A stretch of DNA of 64,000 bases, taken from the NCBI RefSeq assembly GCF_011745625.1, contig NW_027191453.1:620001-684000 (forward strand), in the 5' to 3' direction. This DNA comes from Cladosporium halotolerans. Lineage: Eukaryota. Position 1 is the first letter of the stretch, and the number at the start of each line of letters is the position of its first letter. Below are positions 23,172 through 35,268 of the stretch, piece after piece. The notes under the pieces are model-generated. The model was not told where the DNA came from and did not search any database. It saw only the letters and a list, made by a program, of their open reading frames with translations. The position numbers were made by a program, and so were the translations under genes.

Positions 23172-23416
23172 AAGGGCTTGATTACTCGGCGTTTTGGGTG
23201 TAGCCGCTAGGAGCCCAGGATAGGCATCAGTGGCGGGTTTGGGGACGACTGGCTCATGATTTACAAGACGATATCAACGCGCACAGGATATTTGATTGAA
23301 TGGAACTTATTCCAGTCTGACAATGCATCGATGCCTCCACGCTAGTGCACAAAATATTACCCCGCCCCATCTCGCTCTCAATGCAAGAAACCTCACAACC
23401 CAACCCCCCTCGCCAC

Positions 23417-24436
23417 CTAAAACCCAGACCCAAAATTCATTCCCCCCTTCCTCTTCTTCCCCCCGCGCCCACCACCCTTCCCACCCCTCCCCCCACCCCC
23501 CTCAATCCCCCTAACATCACTCTTACTCAGCCTCAACGTCGCGCCCCTAAACGTCCCCACGCCCGGCCCACCCGTCCCAATCGCCCTCTTCGCCTTCGGC
23601 CTCTCCTTGGCCCCTCCTCCCCCGCTCCCTCCCGCACCAGCAGCGCCCTTCCCCCCAAACCTCTCCAGCACAACCCCGCTCTCCCTCGCCTCCGCGCGCC
23701 TCTTCCCCTCCCGCCCCGCCGCTTTCGCCGCCATCCCCCGCCGCATCGCCAGCGGCATCTTCTCCTGCGCCAGGTGCGATTTCTTCCCGCCCAGGTCGCG
23801 GATGCGCATGTCGAGCGCGCGCTGCCGCGCGCTGCCTTCGGGCGCGGACGAGGCGGAGCCCGAGGCGGAGAACGTCGATGCGTCGAGGAGGTGGGATTCT
23901 TTGAGGAGGCGCTGGAGCGCGAGGTCGTTTTGGATGTCGGAGGCGTCGTCGTCGGGTTGGGCGGCGGCGCTTGCGGCGGTGGTGGAGGGTTTGTGAGGGA
24001 TTGGGTAGCTGGGGGTGGAGCTGGTGGAGGGGGGTTTGGCGGACATGAATTGCCGCTTGAGGAGTTTTTCGGAGGCGCGGTCGCGGGTTTGGCGTGGGGT
24101 CGAGTCGGTGATTACTTCGATTTGGGGCTTGGGGTTTTGCTCGTCGTCTGATGAGGAGGTGGCGGAGAAGCCGCTGAAGGCGTCGGAGGCGTCTGATGAG
24201 TCGGAGCCGGAGTTGGAGGCGACGTCGGATTCTTCCTCTTCGTCATCTTCAGAGTCTGCATTTGGTTCGGCTTCTTCTTTGGATTTTTCGGTTTTCTCTA
24301 GAGGTTTGAATTTCTTTTCGAAAGCGCGCTGGAAGAGCGCCCGCGCGGCGGCGTCGTCGTCTGAGTCGTTTGCGTCTGCGTTCCGGTCGTTGGAGACGTC
24401 TTGTCTTCTTTTCCTCTTGCCGATCGCGAGAGCCAT
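23417..24436 (-). CDS. FAF1: Faf1-like pre-rRNA processing / 40S biogenesis protein
   Basis: LFQRAFEKKFKPL, NDLALQRLLKESHLL, QEKMPLAMRRGM, EARESGVVL, VGTFRGATLRLS and an RGG/K-rich tail. Confidence 0.75.
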   Translation of the reverse strand: MALAIGKRKRRQDVSNDRNADANDSDDDAAARALFQRAFEKKFKPLEKTEKSKEEAEPNADSEDDEEEESDVASNSGSDSSDASDAFSGFSATSSSDDEQNPKPQIEVITDSTPRQTRDRASEKLLKRQFMSAKPPSTSSTPSYPIPHKPSTTAASAAAQPDDDASDIQNDLALQRLLKESHLLDASTFSASGSASSAPEGSARQRALDMRIRDLGGKKSHLAQEKMPLAMRRGMAAKAAGREGKRRAEARESGVVLERFGGKGAAGAGGSGGGGAKERPKAKRAIGTGGPGVGTFRGATLRLSKSDVRGIEGGGGRGGKGGGRGGKKRKGGMNFGSGF

Positions 24437-24696
24437 TTTGATTGATTTGTTTTGGTCCGAGACCTGCTATATCATGCGCAATTTACAGCGCGCTGCAAAG
24501 AGCCTTGAAGTCCGGCCGGCATATCTTCAAAAGTCTGGCTGGCCTGGGGAAGGAAGAGGTGGTCCGAGCGCCGGGTCTGGCAAAAGTTCTTGTACTTGGC
24601 GGCTTGACTCGAAGATGATCTGGGCGCTCGGCACTGAGTGGCACTTCGTTCCTACAACGATTACAGCAAATAAAAAAAATCACATCGCAAACGAAA

Positions 24697-25664
24697 ATGA
24701 CCAAGTTCCGTCCTTGCATCGATTTGCACGCGGGCGCCGTCAAGCAAATCGTCGGCGGCACCCTGACGACGACTTCGGCGGACTTGCAGACGAACTTCAC
24801 GTCAGAGCATGGCGCTGCGTACTACGCGGACTTGTACCGCAAGCACGACCTTAGAGGCGGCCATGTAATCATGCTTGGTCCGGGCAACGACCAAGCGTCG
24901 AGAGAGGCGCTCAAGGCGTGGCCGCAGGGTTTGCAGGTCGGAGGTGGCATCAAAGACACCAACGCGCGCGAGTGGATCGAGGCGGGCGCTGAGAAGGTAG
25001 GTTCTATCCTGTCTCTTCTTGCTCAATCGAAATCTACATTTCTGCATCGATAAAATCTACACTTTCGCAAACTACCCTGCGAACCCAACGAGAAACAGAC
25101 AGCTGAGACGATTCTGTTCCCATCGCGGTAGGTCATCATCACGTCTTTCCTTTTCCCCTCCGGCACCTTCGCCCTCGACCGCCTGCAATCCGTCCTCGCC
25201 GCGCTCGACAACGACAAAAGCAAGCTCGTCATCGACCTCAGCTGCCGCCGGGTGGAAGGCGGGTGGCGCGTGGCGATGGACAAGTGGCAGACCATCACCG
25301 ACTTCCCCATCACGAAAGGTGAGTGATCTCTCGTTGATACCTTAAGATTTTCCTATCTTTTGATCTGACAAAAACCCCCAAAGAAAACATCGCCCTCCTC
25401 GAACCCCACTGCGCGGAATTCCTCATCCACGCCGCAGACGTCGAGGGCAAGCAGGCCGGCATCGACACCGAGCTCGTGCGGCTGCTGTCGTCCATCTGCA
25501 CCATTCCCGTCACGTACGCGGGCGGCGGAAGGGATCTGGCGGACCTGGAGCTGGTCAAGGAGTTGAGCGGTGGCAAGGTGGACTTGACGATTGGCAGCGC
25601 GCTGGATATCTTTGGGGGCAGCGGGGTCAAGTTTGCGGAGGTCGTGGAGTGGAATCGGAAGTGA
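24697..25664 (+). CDS. HIS6: ProFAR isomerase (histidine biosynthesis)
   Basis: MTKFRPCIDLHAGAVKQIVGGTL, HVIMLGPG, LQVGGGI, LVIDLSCR, EFLIHAADVEG, VTYAGG, DLTIGSALDIFGG. Introns 24997-25131 and 25319-25383. Confidence 0.96.
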
Positions 25665-27002
25665 GAGGGGTAGAGGTCATGTTGCGATGTTAATGAAGGA
25701 ATCCGTCACGTGCTACATATCCAGCTACGAACAAGCAAATGTCGAATGACTCGTGTGTCTCCGAAGCGATAACAGACACCACTGTACGTACTCTCTGTTG
25801 ACATTGCGGCACGTAGCGCCAAGGAGACGAAGTCGCAGTACATTTGAAGCGTGATATGAGCGCCATGACTAATTATACCTCAAGACACCCCATCAGGCAG
25901 GGCGTGCCGCGTGGAGTGGTCGCCGTGAACCTTAACCTGCATTGTTGTGAAGGTACCGTGAGGTAAGGTACCGTTGATACGCTGCTCGGGCAGAGCTCGT
26001 GATCGAGAAGTACCACGGTATGGGGCAAGTCATCGTGCGGTCACATCTCCTGCCTGTTGCCCTCTCCGCGGACAAGATGCCACTTCTTCGTCACGCGCAG
26101 GTCTGTTCGGGGCTGTCAGTGTGCAACGACGCACCGCCCAGGCCGATGTGCGCACGGCATGTCACCGGCAGCGCGCGAGGTGAAACGGCTGCGATGCCGT
26201 AAGCGCCGCAAACAGCAAAAGCTATCTCCGGCGGAATCCACCCCCAGCCTGCAAGTGACATGCTGCCACGCCGCCTCCCTGCAGCGTCCCGCCACGCGGG
26301 AGCCTCCACGCCGTCCTGCTCGCCTCCCCACCGCCGCACCGTCGGCCGCTTCCCCGACAAGCGAAGCGCAGGGCGAACCCAGCCGGGCGGGCGAGAGGCG
26401 AGCTGCGAGGCCGCGTTCCCAGCAGGTGTTGCGTGCAGATGCCGTGAGCGGCGCGGGCAGAGGGCAGCGGTGCAGCGAGCGCGGCGTGGTGCGGAGCGTG
26501 GTCGACTCACGGTGGTGGTGTGATGCCGGCTCCGGGCGCCGAGGGCTCGAAGCAGCGCAGCAGCGCAGCAGCGAAGGGCCGATGGGTCGAACACGGGCGC
26601 GACGGGGTCCAGAACGCGGTCGGCGTGCAGGCCGATGCCACGCCCGCCCTGCCTGCGCAGCGTCCCTGGCCCGGCGGCCCCCGTGATCTCGCAACTTCTG
26701 TGCCCGCCCGAGCTGTCGTCGCCGTCGAGCCCGTTGCCGCATGGCGAACCGCCGCCGCGCCGGGGAAGTAGACAGGCAGGCACACGCCCACGCCCACGCC
26801 CGCACCCACACCCACACCTCACCCGCGCCAGGGTCGCCGCTGCCGGCGCGTTCTGCCCCCGTTGCTTATATACCGTGGCGCTCTGCTTCGGCCTCCACCT
26901 GACGTGCGCAGCGGGCGGACTGCCATACCTACCAACGCTGCTCCTGTCAATCGCACTTCACTCACCGGCCTACGCGGCTACGCGGCTGGCCTGCACCACG
27001 CC

Positions 27003-29154
27003 ATGGCCCTCCCAACTCCCACTCCCCCCATCCGCTCGCCCTCATTGCCGACCGACGAGGCTGCGAAGCTGGTGCACCTGATAGACCGCAATCGCAGCAG
27101 CTCCTTCCCGTCGTCGGCAGCGAGCCATTCTCCCTTCGGCGGATCAAACCCACAGCAAGCATACCGTGATGGGCTCCAGCTGCCTGGACTGTCTGCCCTC
27201 TTCCCGGCGTTTTCATCATCAAACCACAGCAATGGCGCGTCGGCATATCCCACACCAGCCTCAGATTCCAGCGCTTCGCCCAACAAAACGCCCACAAATA
27301 GGACGCCCGCATACGTCTCGCCCTACGCCTCTCCGGAGCAACATGCACTGATCACCCACATCGACGCCGTCCGGCGAGGCTTCGCTTTCCACCGGCAATG
27401 CAACCGCCAGTCGTTCGTGGCCTACAACGAGTCCCAGGCCGAGCAGGTTCTGAAAGAATTCCAAGGCAGCGTCGCCGACGGCCGGACGCTGCCCGAGTCG
27501 AAGCTGTGCGAGGTCTTCTCCATCGCGGTCATGGCCTCGACCTTCAACCGCGTCCAGATTCCGGCTCAGGTGGCCGATGTCTTCTACCAGGCGGCTTCCG
27601 ACCGCATTGGCACCTGGGTGCTCAGCGAGCATGTTCCCGCAATGAGGTGCTGCGGTTTGCTAGGGCTTTCGAATCTTTTCAGGAAGGCGACCGTGTCGCT
27701 ACTCTACTTCGGTAAGAGGCTCACGTCTGATATGAGCGGCTTGCCCGGGCACTAATGACGCTTCTCAGATCTGGGCTTAGCACTCGCAGCTAAATTGTTC
27801 TCTGCGATGAGGATTCACAGTTTTGACATGGGCCAGCCGGAACACGTCGAGGTCCAGTCCATATGGCGGTCGCTCGTTTTCTGTCGCGCGTGGCTTCAGT
27901 CGACCATTGGAGCGTGCACTTCAGACGACCAGCTATGGCTGCCATCAACGGTATGCTTAAATCCTACCCGTATTTGCGATTTACTTGCTGACTTTGAGAA
28001 GGTTTCCACCGAATGTGAGGAGGCTCCCTGTCTGGCCGTCAGACAAAATGTGACGACGCAGATCACCGACATCTACGTCATTGGTGCTAAAGCAATGCGA
28101 GTCCTCATTCTATGCGATTCCAAGGCCACACTACTACCGGCCATACAGGTTCTCTTTGGTGAGATCGGAGCGTGGTACGACCGCTTACCAGCGCAAGCGA
28201 AAGCGAGCGAGCTTTCGCAGACTCCTTGGAACGATACCAAAGTCTGCCTCGGCTACGTCCATCTAGGACACCTCGGAGCGATCACTTTGATCCTCCGCAA
28301 GACCTTGAGCATCTATAGGCCGAAGCTCAAAGGCCAGAAACACTCCATGCAGCCGCGGGAACGCAGCCAGGTTGCGGCCATACTCAACGACGGCATCATC
28401 GCTGCGAAACAGTCCTCACGAATACTGTACCTCTTCCTGGGCGAGCAAGCCAGCATCAGACACTGCTGGACGGTCATGTACGTCTCATCACTCACCTCCT
28501 CTCTCCAGCACCTACTAACACCCCCGCCACAGCTACAGCGCCTTCGTCTGCGCCTCCATCCTCCTCTACTGCATCAGCCAAACCCAACTCCACGGCTACC
28601 CGGACTCCGAGTGGCGCCCCTACCTCAGCCTCGTCGACAACAACATGGACATCCTCGCCTACTGCCAGGAGCTCGACCCCGTCGCCGGCACCCTCCGCGA
28701 CACCCTCTCGCAGTACATGCAGTTCCTGCGCGTCTCCGTCCCCGCCCCCTCGCGGCCCCACGCTCCCCCTCCCTGGGCCCGCGCAAACCTCGACTTCCCC
28801 TCCCGCAACCCCGAAGACCAGCACCACCAGACCCAGGACCTCGTCGACCTGCTCCTCGTCGTCCCCGCCCGCCGCGCCGGCCCCGCCCAGACGTCCCTCG
28901 ACCTGCTCAAGCTCGTCTGCCAGCCCTTCAGCGACGCCGACGAGGCCCGCTGCAAGCTCACCAGCGGCTACGGCGTCCCCAAGGTCCTGGGCGCCGTCTC
29001 GCGCGGCAGCCTGCTGTGCGACGGCGGCGCGGGCGCCGACGCCTGGATGCCGTACGGCTGGCAGCAGCACCAGAGCAGCGCGGCCTTCACGGGCAAAGCG
29101 ACGAATCTGGCGCTGACGATGGCGCAGCAGGAGATGCTGAGGGCGGGGGTCTGA
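27003..29154 (+). CDS. Fungal transcription-factor-like protein (middle homology region), no Zn2Cys6 cluster visible
   Basis: Introns 27712-27768, 27951-28001 and 28478-28532 join into one frame. MHR-like segments: LCEVFSIAVMAS, SLLYFDLGLALA, IWRSLVFCRAWLQSTIG, HCWTVIYSAFVCASILLY, DILAYCQELDPVA. TATATA at ~26867. Confidence 0.7.
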
Positions 29155-29369
29155 GCTCTCGGTCGTTTGGCGTTGGGACTGGCTCCACGGAGTTTTGAGT
29201 CGGGCGACGAGGAGGTTTCCGGTGTCGGCGTCGGCGTGGTGAGGCTGGTAGACTGACTGCGTGAGATTGCTGCTGCGTGGCGTGAAGCTCTGGTCGGGAA
29301 GGGTCGGGTTGCCGCTCAGAACGAGTTGACGCCGAAGGCCGCTCGATCTCGGGACACCGGCTTGGCGCT

Positions 29370-29428
29370 GCGACGCGACGCGACGAGACGAGACGAGACG
29401 CGATACGATTTCTCCCGTCGCCTGGCGG

Positions 29429-29460
<32 letters not shown>

Positions 29461-29469
29461 CTGCTGCTG
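29370..29469. repeat. Compound microsatellite (GCGAC)n(GAGAC)n ... (CCTG)8(CTG)3 between convergent gene ends
   Basis: Seen directly; (CCTG)8 spans 29429-29460. Confidence 0.9.
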
Positions 29470-29793
29470 GACCGCAGAGGAGACTGACAGATACGCCCGA
29501 CACGGCATCTCGAGAAAAACGGCATCGGCATCGGCGGACGGATCTCGTGAAAAGCATCTCGACGCGAGAGGGAAGACGCTGGGGTCTGCGATCACTTTCG
29601 ACTGGCAACGAGACGGTACGGCGTGCACAGACAGCGGAAGCGAGCTCGGAAAGACCTCACGTGGGCGAGCGATCAGGGAACGAACGGCGTCGTTACTTTT
29701 TGTGCACAAACAGGGCTGGCTGGCTGGCTATATGTCGCGCTTCATCCCGCACAACACAACGAACCACACCTCGCCCAAAAAACCAACCAGTCC

Positions 29794-31846
29794 TTAAACG
29801 TTGAGAATCGCCCCCTCGTCGTTGACCAGCAGACCCGCGATGGCGGCGCTGCTCAGCGTGCTCAGGATGCCGGTGACGAGCGCGGAGACGGCGACGCTGG
29901 CGACGTCTCCCGTGCGGCCGGGCGCGATCTGCGACAGCACGCCGATCTGCGTGCCCAGCGAGCCGATGTTGCCGAAGCCGCACAGGCTGTAGGTCGCGAT
30001 GAGCTTCGAGCGGTCGCTCATCATCTGGTAGGTCTCCATGCTGGCAAGCTGATCGAAGGCGGCGTATTCGTTCTGTTTGCGGTTAGCGTTAGTCTTCAGG
30101 CTACGGGGAGTTCTAGGTGTTCGGCGAGACTTACAGCGACGATCTTGAGGCCGATCAGGCGCGCGACCTTGATGAGGTCCGGGCCGCGGGGCACGCCGAG
30201 CAGGAAGGCGATCGGGTAGCAGAGGTAGCCGACGATCAGCTCGACGGTGAGGTCGTAGTCGCCCGTCAGGTTGAGGTAGCGGCCCCACCAGGTCAGCAGG
30301 CCGGAGACGAGGTTCAGCAGCGCGATGATGACCAGCAGGGTGGCGATGATCATGCCGCCGATCTTGATGCCGAGCCAGGCGCCCTTGGCCAGCGCCTCGA
30401 GCACGTTGGCCGACTCGGTCACGTCGTCCTTGGGCACAACGATCTTGCCGGCCGTCAGCGTCTCCTCCTCCTCGGGGTAGCGCAGGTGGCTGAGAGCGAG
30501 CGAGGCCGGGATGGACATGATGCAACTGGAGACCAGGACCTGCGGGTTGAGGCCGAGGTTGATGTAGGCGATGAGCACGGAACCGGCGATGGTCGCGAAA
30601 CCGCAGGCCATCACCTGGTGGATCTCGGCTTTAGTGAGGTAGGGGACGAAAGGCTTGATGAGCATAGCACTCTCGCCCTGGCCGATGAAGGGTGTGGCGG
30701 CAGCGACGACGGCCTCGGCGCCGGACACGCGCATGCTCCAGAAGAAGAAGACGGCGAACTTGCCGATGAACCACTGGACCACGCCCCAGTAGTACATCAT
30801 CTGCACGAAGGCGACGAAGAAGATGATGGCAGGGATGACGTTGGTCAGGAACCAGCCGAGCTCGAGCACAGACTCGCCGGTGAGGAAGACGACACCGTCG
30901 CCCGCGAAGCCGAGCAGCTCGCGCGCGAGCAGGGAGATGAAGTTGAAAATGTCGAAGCCGACCTTGGTGCGCAGCACGAAGAGCGCGATGATGTATTGCA
31001 CCAGCTGTTTGTGTCAGTACTGTACGATTGACGAAGTCACGTTGACGCGCCGCGAATCTACTCACCATGCCCATGATGATCGTGTGCCCTTTGGAGGATA
31101 TGTCAGTGATGTCATCGGCGAAGCGCAGAGATTGTGCTAAGATACTCACAATTGATGGCCTTCCTGTTGCGCGAGGTGGCCCAGAGCACGAAGATGCACA
31201 CCGCGAGACCGAGCAAGCTGATCGCGCGGTTCTCACGGGTGTTGTCGCCGCTCTCCTCGGTCACGAAGGCACCCAGCAGCATCACACCAATGGTGCCGAG
31301 AGCACCGAGAGGAAGGCGGAGCTTCTCAGGAATCATGCTAATACCACGAGAGACGGTGTTCTTCCAGAGGAAACGCATGGGCTTGTACACGATTGAGATG
31401 GGGATGTAAAAAGTGACGATGCGAATGGTGATCGCGAGCCAGAGGAGGAACGGAACCACCCAGTTCTTCGGGTTCGGTGTGCCGGGGCGGTGCAAGACCA
31501 GGCCAGCGATCCACCAGCCGGTCATGATGAGCCAGATGGCGGCGTGGACGAAAGGCCGGTATTTTTTCCAGAGCATCGCGTTTCTCGTCTTCGGCTCCTC
31601 GGAGTGGTCGCGGGACTCGCTCTGGGTCCGCGCGGGAGACATTCCACCTTTTTCTACATCGACGGTGTAATCGTTCTTGTCGTCGGAGGTATCATGGTGC
31701 CTCTGCTGCATGTTATGTGAGCCATGAGGCTCTGGCAGAATGCTGTTGTCGATTTTGCTGCCAGACTTCGAAGCGTCTTGCTTGTCGGCACTGACGTCGT
31801 GGTAAGGCTCTGGTTGAGCCACTTCGGTGGTGTTGCTTGTTGCCAT
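29794..31846 (-). CDS. Concentrative nucleoside transporter (CNT/SLC28 family)
   Basis: SGAEAVVAAATPFIGQGES, GFATIAGSV, SCIMSIPASLA, NEYAAF, TYSLCGFGNIGSLGTQIG. Introns 31089-31149, 31005-31065 and 30073-30134, with a 23-nt exon at 31066-31088. Confidence 0.95.
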
Positions 31847-32816
31847 TGTGCTGGTCTGAGGCCTGGAGGAAGCTCCGCGCAAAAGCAGCCGAGCTCTGAC
31901 AACCAGATATGTTGAATAAGTAGTGCGACGAGGTCTGTAAGTCTGGTGTGAAGCGAGGGTAGGTAGGGCAGAAGCAGGTCGATAAGAACCCTGCTTGGCT
32001 CGGCCTGCGCAGAATCTCGACGGTCCTGAGCACCGCGGCTTATCAGAAATTCGCCTAGACGTGGCCTACGTAGTGTCGCGTGCCCGCCTGCCGGTGTGAA
32101 GCCAAGTGCTTCTTGTCCGCCGCGACGGCGTATCAGAGGGCAGCGCGCAAGGCCGTCGTCTGCGCGCGGGGTCTAGTGCTCGATTTTCGCACGCTCAAAC
32201 GGCCTGGCGGCGGCAGAGTATCCGGACGACATGCCAAAGCGGGACAAGTGGACGGCCCTAGACTCTCGGCACTGTCGATAAGGTGCTTCGGACCCTGGTC
32301 TAGAAGACGGCGCTGCGGCGCTGCGCCTGCCCTCACAGACACCCGCCGGTCGTGCAGGCGAGATAACACTCGAAGGCAGCGCAAATCTCGCTCGCTCAGC
32401 TCCTATCGCATGATTTCTGTTTGCAGGGTGATGTCTGACGAGAGCGCCACAATGCTTGAAGCGCAGAGGATGCTGACGTCTGTGTGAGGTTGAATTCTCC
32501 GGCCCGCGCCGCTGTGTGCCGTGAGCTAGCTACAGAGGACAAAGACCTGAAGCCATTGGTGGAGCGGAGGTGGGCCATGGAGCAGGGCCGGCGCATGTTC
32601 GAGCAGATCCCACGCAGCTTCCATGCGCTTGCCCCATCTTCGCCTCTCGGCCCAAGCGCATGAGTGGCGACACGGGCAGCCAGGCGGTGCTGTCTGGCTA
32701 TCATGCACCCCGAGATCCTGACTCGCTCTCGCTACCTGAGATAAGGCATCCGGGGTATGCACCGTCCTGAGCCTTGGACCAAGGCGATCGAATTGCGGAG
32801 GCGCCGTTTAGCATGC

Positions 32817-33888
32817 TTAATCCCGCCCGAGGGTTACATCGGCCAATCCGAACATCCCGGCTGAGTTTCGCCACGCTGCCTCGCCAACCTCTTGGACCGA
32901 ACAGCCTTTGAGCCCAGCGACCACAAAGGCCACAGTGTGCATGCTGCAACTCTCGTTGCGCTCCTTCACCATGCTGCCCGCATCCCACTTGTCCCGCTTC
33001 TTGCTCGCGGGCAGCGGAGGGGCGTTGATGCAGTATCGCTTGGCGAGGTTGGACGTGGCTTTGATTTCGCCCCACGGCGCGTCCGTCTCCAATTGAAGCC
33101 GCTCCAATGGAATCGCAGCGACCATGTCCAAGCTATCGCGGTCCTGGAAGCTGAATCCATTCACGCTAACGTCGAGGCCGAGGTCCACGAGCGTCTGCAT
33201 TTCCGCCACGGATCCTACGAAGCTGTGCACCAGACCTCCTTTAGGCAGGTTAGGAAGATAGGGTTTGATAATATCGACGAAGTCCTCGAACGCCGCTCGG
33301 CAATGTAGGAAAAGAGGCAGCTGCCAGTCGTGCTTGGCGAAAAGCTCCAGCTGGGCCTTGAACACGCGGATCTGGTACTCCTTGCTCGCGTGGTTGACCC
33401 GGTCGTAGTCGAGCCCCAGCTCCCCAAACGCGGAGATCGGGCTAGGTACCTGCGCGAGAGCCTCTGCAACTCGCTTCGCAAGCTCTTGCATCGTGTCGTC
33501 GATCTCATGTTCTGGGATAGCCGCGTGGTAGGGATGGATGCCAATGGTCAGCGTGCATTGCCCGGGGTTGCTCGCGACCAATGACTGGTTGACCTCGACG
33601 TCCTGCAGCGACATCCCAGTCAACATCACTTTTTTCACCCCGGCTTTGGCAGCGCGCTCCAGTGTAGAATGGAAGTCGGGAGGATGGTATTGCTTGCCGC
33701 GGTATATGCCCTGGAACTCGCGAGTCGTCGCTGTCACTGCGACCTTCGAGGGTCATGTCGGCTTAGCTTGGAGTGCTTCAATGATTGTGTTATATCGCAC
33801 TCACGTCTGCGAAGCGCAGTGGTCCATTGGAGGGCGCAGATGGTGCTGCGGTGGGCAGCCCGGTTAGGTCGACATCCTTCGCTGACAT
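32817..33888 (-). CDS. TatD-family DNase
   Basis: Exon 1 33888-33805 (MSAKD...PLRFAD), intron 33744-33804. Then FQGIYRGKQYH, TIGIHP, AFGELGLDYDR, PLFLHCR, GLVHSF, LETDAPW, ERNE. Confidence 0.93.
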
Positions 33889-34179
33889 GGTCCAGACGCT
33901 GCAAGCTGGTGGCGCAAGAACGCCGCTCGCTTAACACGAAGGAGAAAGGAAACGAGCGTCCCAGATATGCGACGTCAGGACTAATGTGTATACAATGATC
34001 AAATCTATTCACAATTGTCAAGAAGACCTGAAGTCGAGTCACATCGACAAAATGCCAATACGCGCTTACCAATTTCCATCACCGCGGGTCTCTAATCCGA
34101 GAGCCCTAACCTCCAAAAAGGAAGGGCGGCGTGCGCGGGAGCTCCCGCGCGACGTCTCGTCTCATCAAGTCTTCGTACT

Positions 34180-35025
34180 TCATTTACTCTCCTCTATACA
34201 ACCACCACGTGGTTTAATCTTGTTCATGATCTCAGCAAGCATATCCGCGCTAGTCGCGTTGCGCATATCACGCTAACCAACAAGTATCACACAGCGAACA
34301 GACCTCATGTAAGCGCTCCATCCCCTCTCCCTCCCAACACCTCGTGTCCTGATGACAGCGGCTGGGGCCATAAGATCCGGCCAACCGGCATTGTATGCCA
34401 GGTTGGCCATGCTTTCACGCCAGCTCAACACAATCTTCTCACTATCTCTGAATTGATCACACTTCAATGAGAGCCTCGTGGAATTAGGTTTTAAGATTAC
34501 TGAGCTAGGGGCTAACGCTATCCAGACATTGTTCCATGAGGATCTCAAATCGGCGACACTGAAGTTACGACTGTGTCGAATGTCTCCTATAGAGCTTAGA
34601 GGTGTTACAGCATATATATACTTGACATTTGGCAAACGTACAACTCTTCCGACTTCGCCTGCTCTCTTTATCACTTCGAGCATTGTAGCTCCTGCATCTC
34701 AGAAATATCCCAATGTCTCCCGCACTCTGCAGTCTGCGTTCTGTCTTCCGGTCCTTATAACGCCAACAAGCCACCGGCAAGGGACGACCAGTGGCGTTGA
34801 GGTTTGAACGCTTCCCTGCAGCATGAAGTGACTGCCCACCTCGGCCAAATGGTGATTCATACGTTCCAAACCGTCTGTTCGACAACATTCTTCACAGGTA
34901 CCTAGGGCGCTATGCTGCCTCGCAAAGCTGTTTCTTCCCGGTGATTCGTCATTCGGACATATACGGCCATGACGATGAATCACATGGTACTCAGAGCACG
35001 CCCGAGTTGCTCCGACGCCGTTCAT
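34180..35025 (-). pseudogene. Possible degenerate or unresolved gene: 282-codon frame with only two internal stops
   Basis: ORFs 34699-35025 and 34273-34683 share a frame, which continues to TGA at 34180. No family recognised. Confidence 0.25.
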
Positions 35026-35268
35026 TCAGCGGCCATTGCCCACATTACTTTCGAAACTATTGGGCGAGGCTGTTGCGAGCGTGGAAAGTGAAGTGGTGCC
35101 AAATCGCGACACGGCTCCAAACTTTTAGTGTATGGAAATACAAACTTTCGAAATAGCGAGCGTCTCGGGAGTACACGACCTCAAGAATGAATCGCTCCTA
35201 AGCACCGGACACGCAAACCGCGCTACCCTGCATCCCCTCTACCGAACCCAACAGCAGTTCAATCCCCA

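Noticed and set aside
26190..26225. Zn-cluster exon for the TF-like gene (RCRKRRKQQK)
   Set aside because: Lacks the required cysteine spacing and has no convincing splice path to 27003.
31850..32810. TPP riboswitch upstream of the nucleoside transporter
   Set aside because: No CUGAGA...CUUGAU-x-GxUAAU...GCG-x-A core found on the minus strand, and no 5' UTR intron evident.
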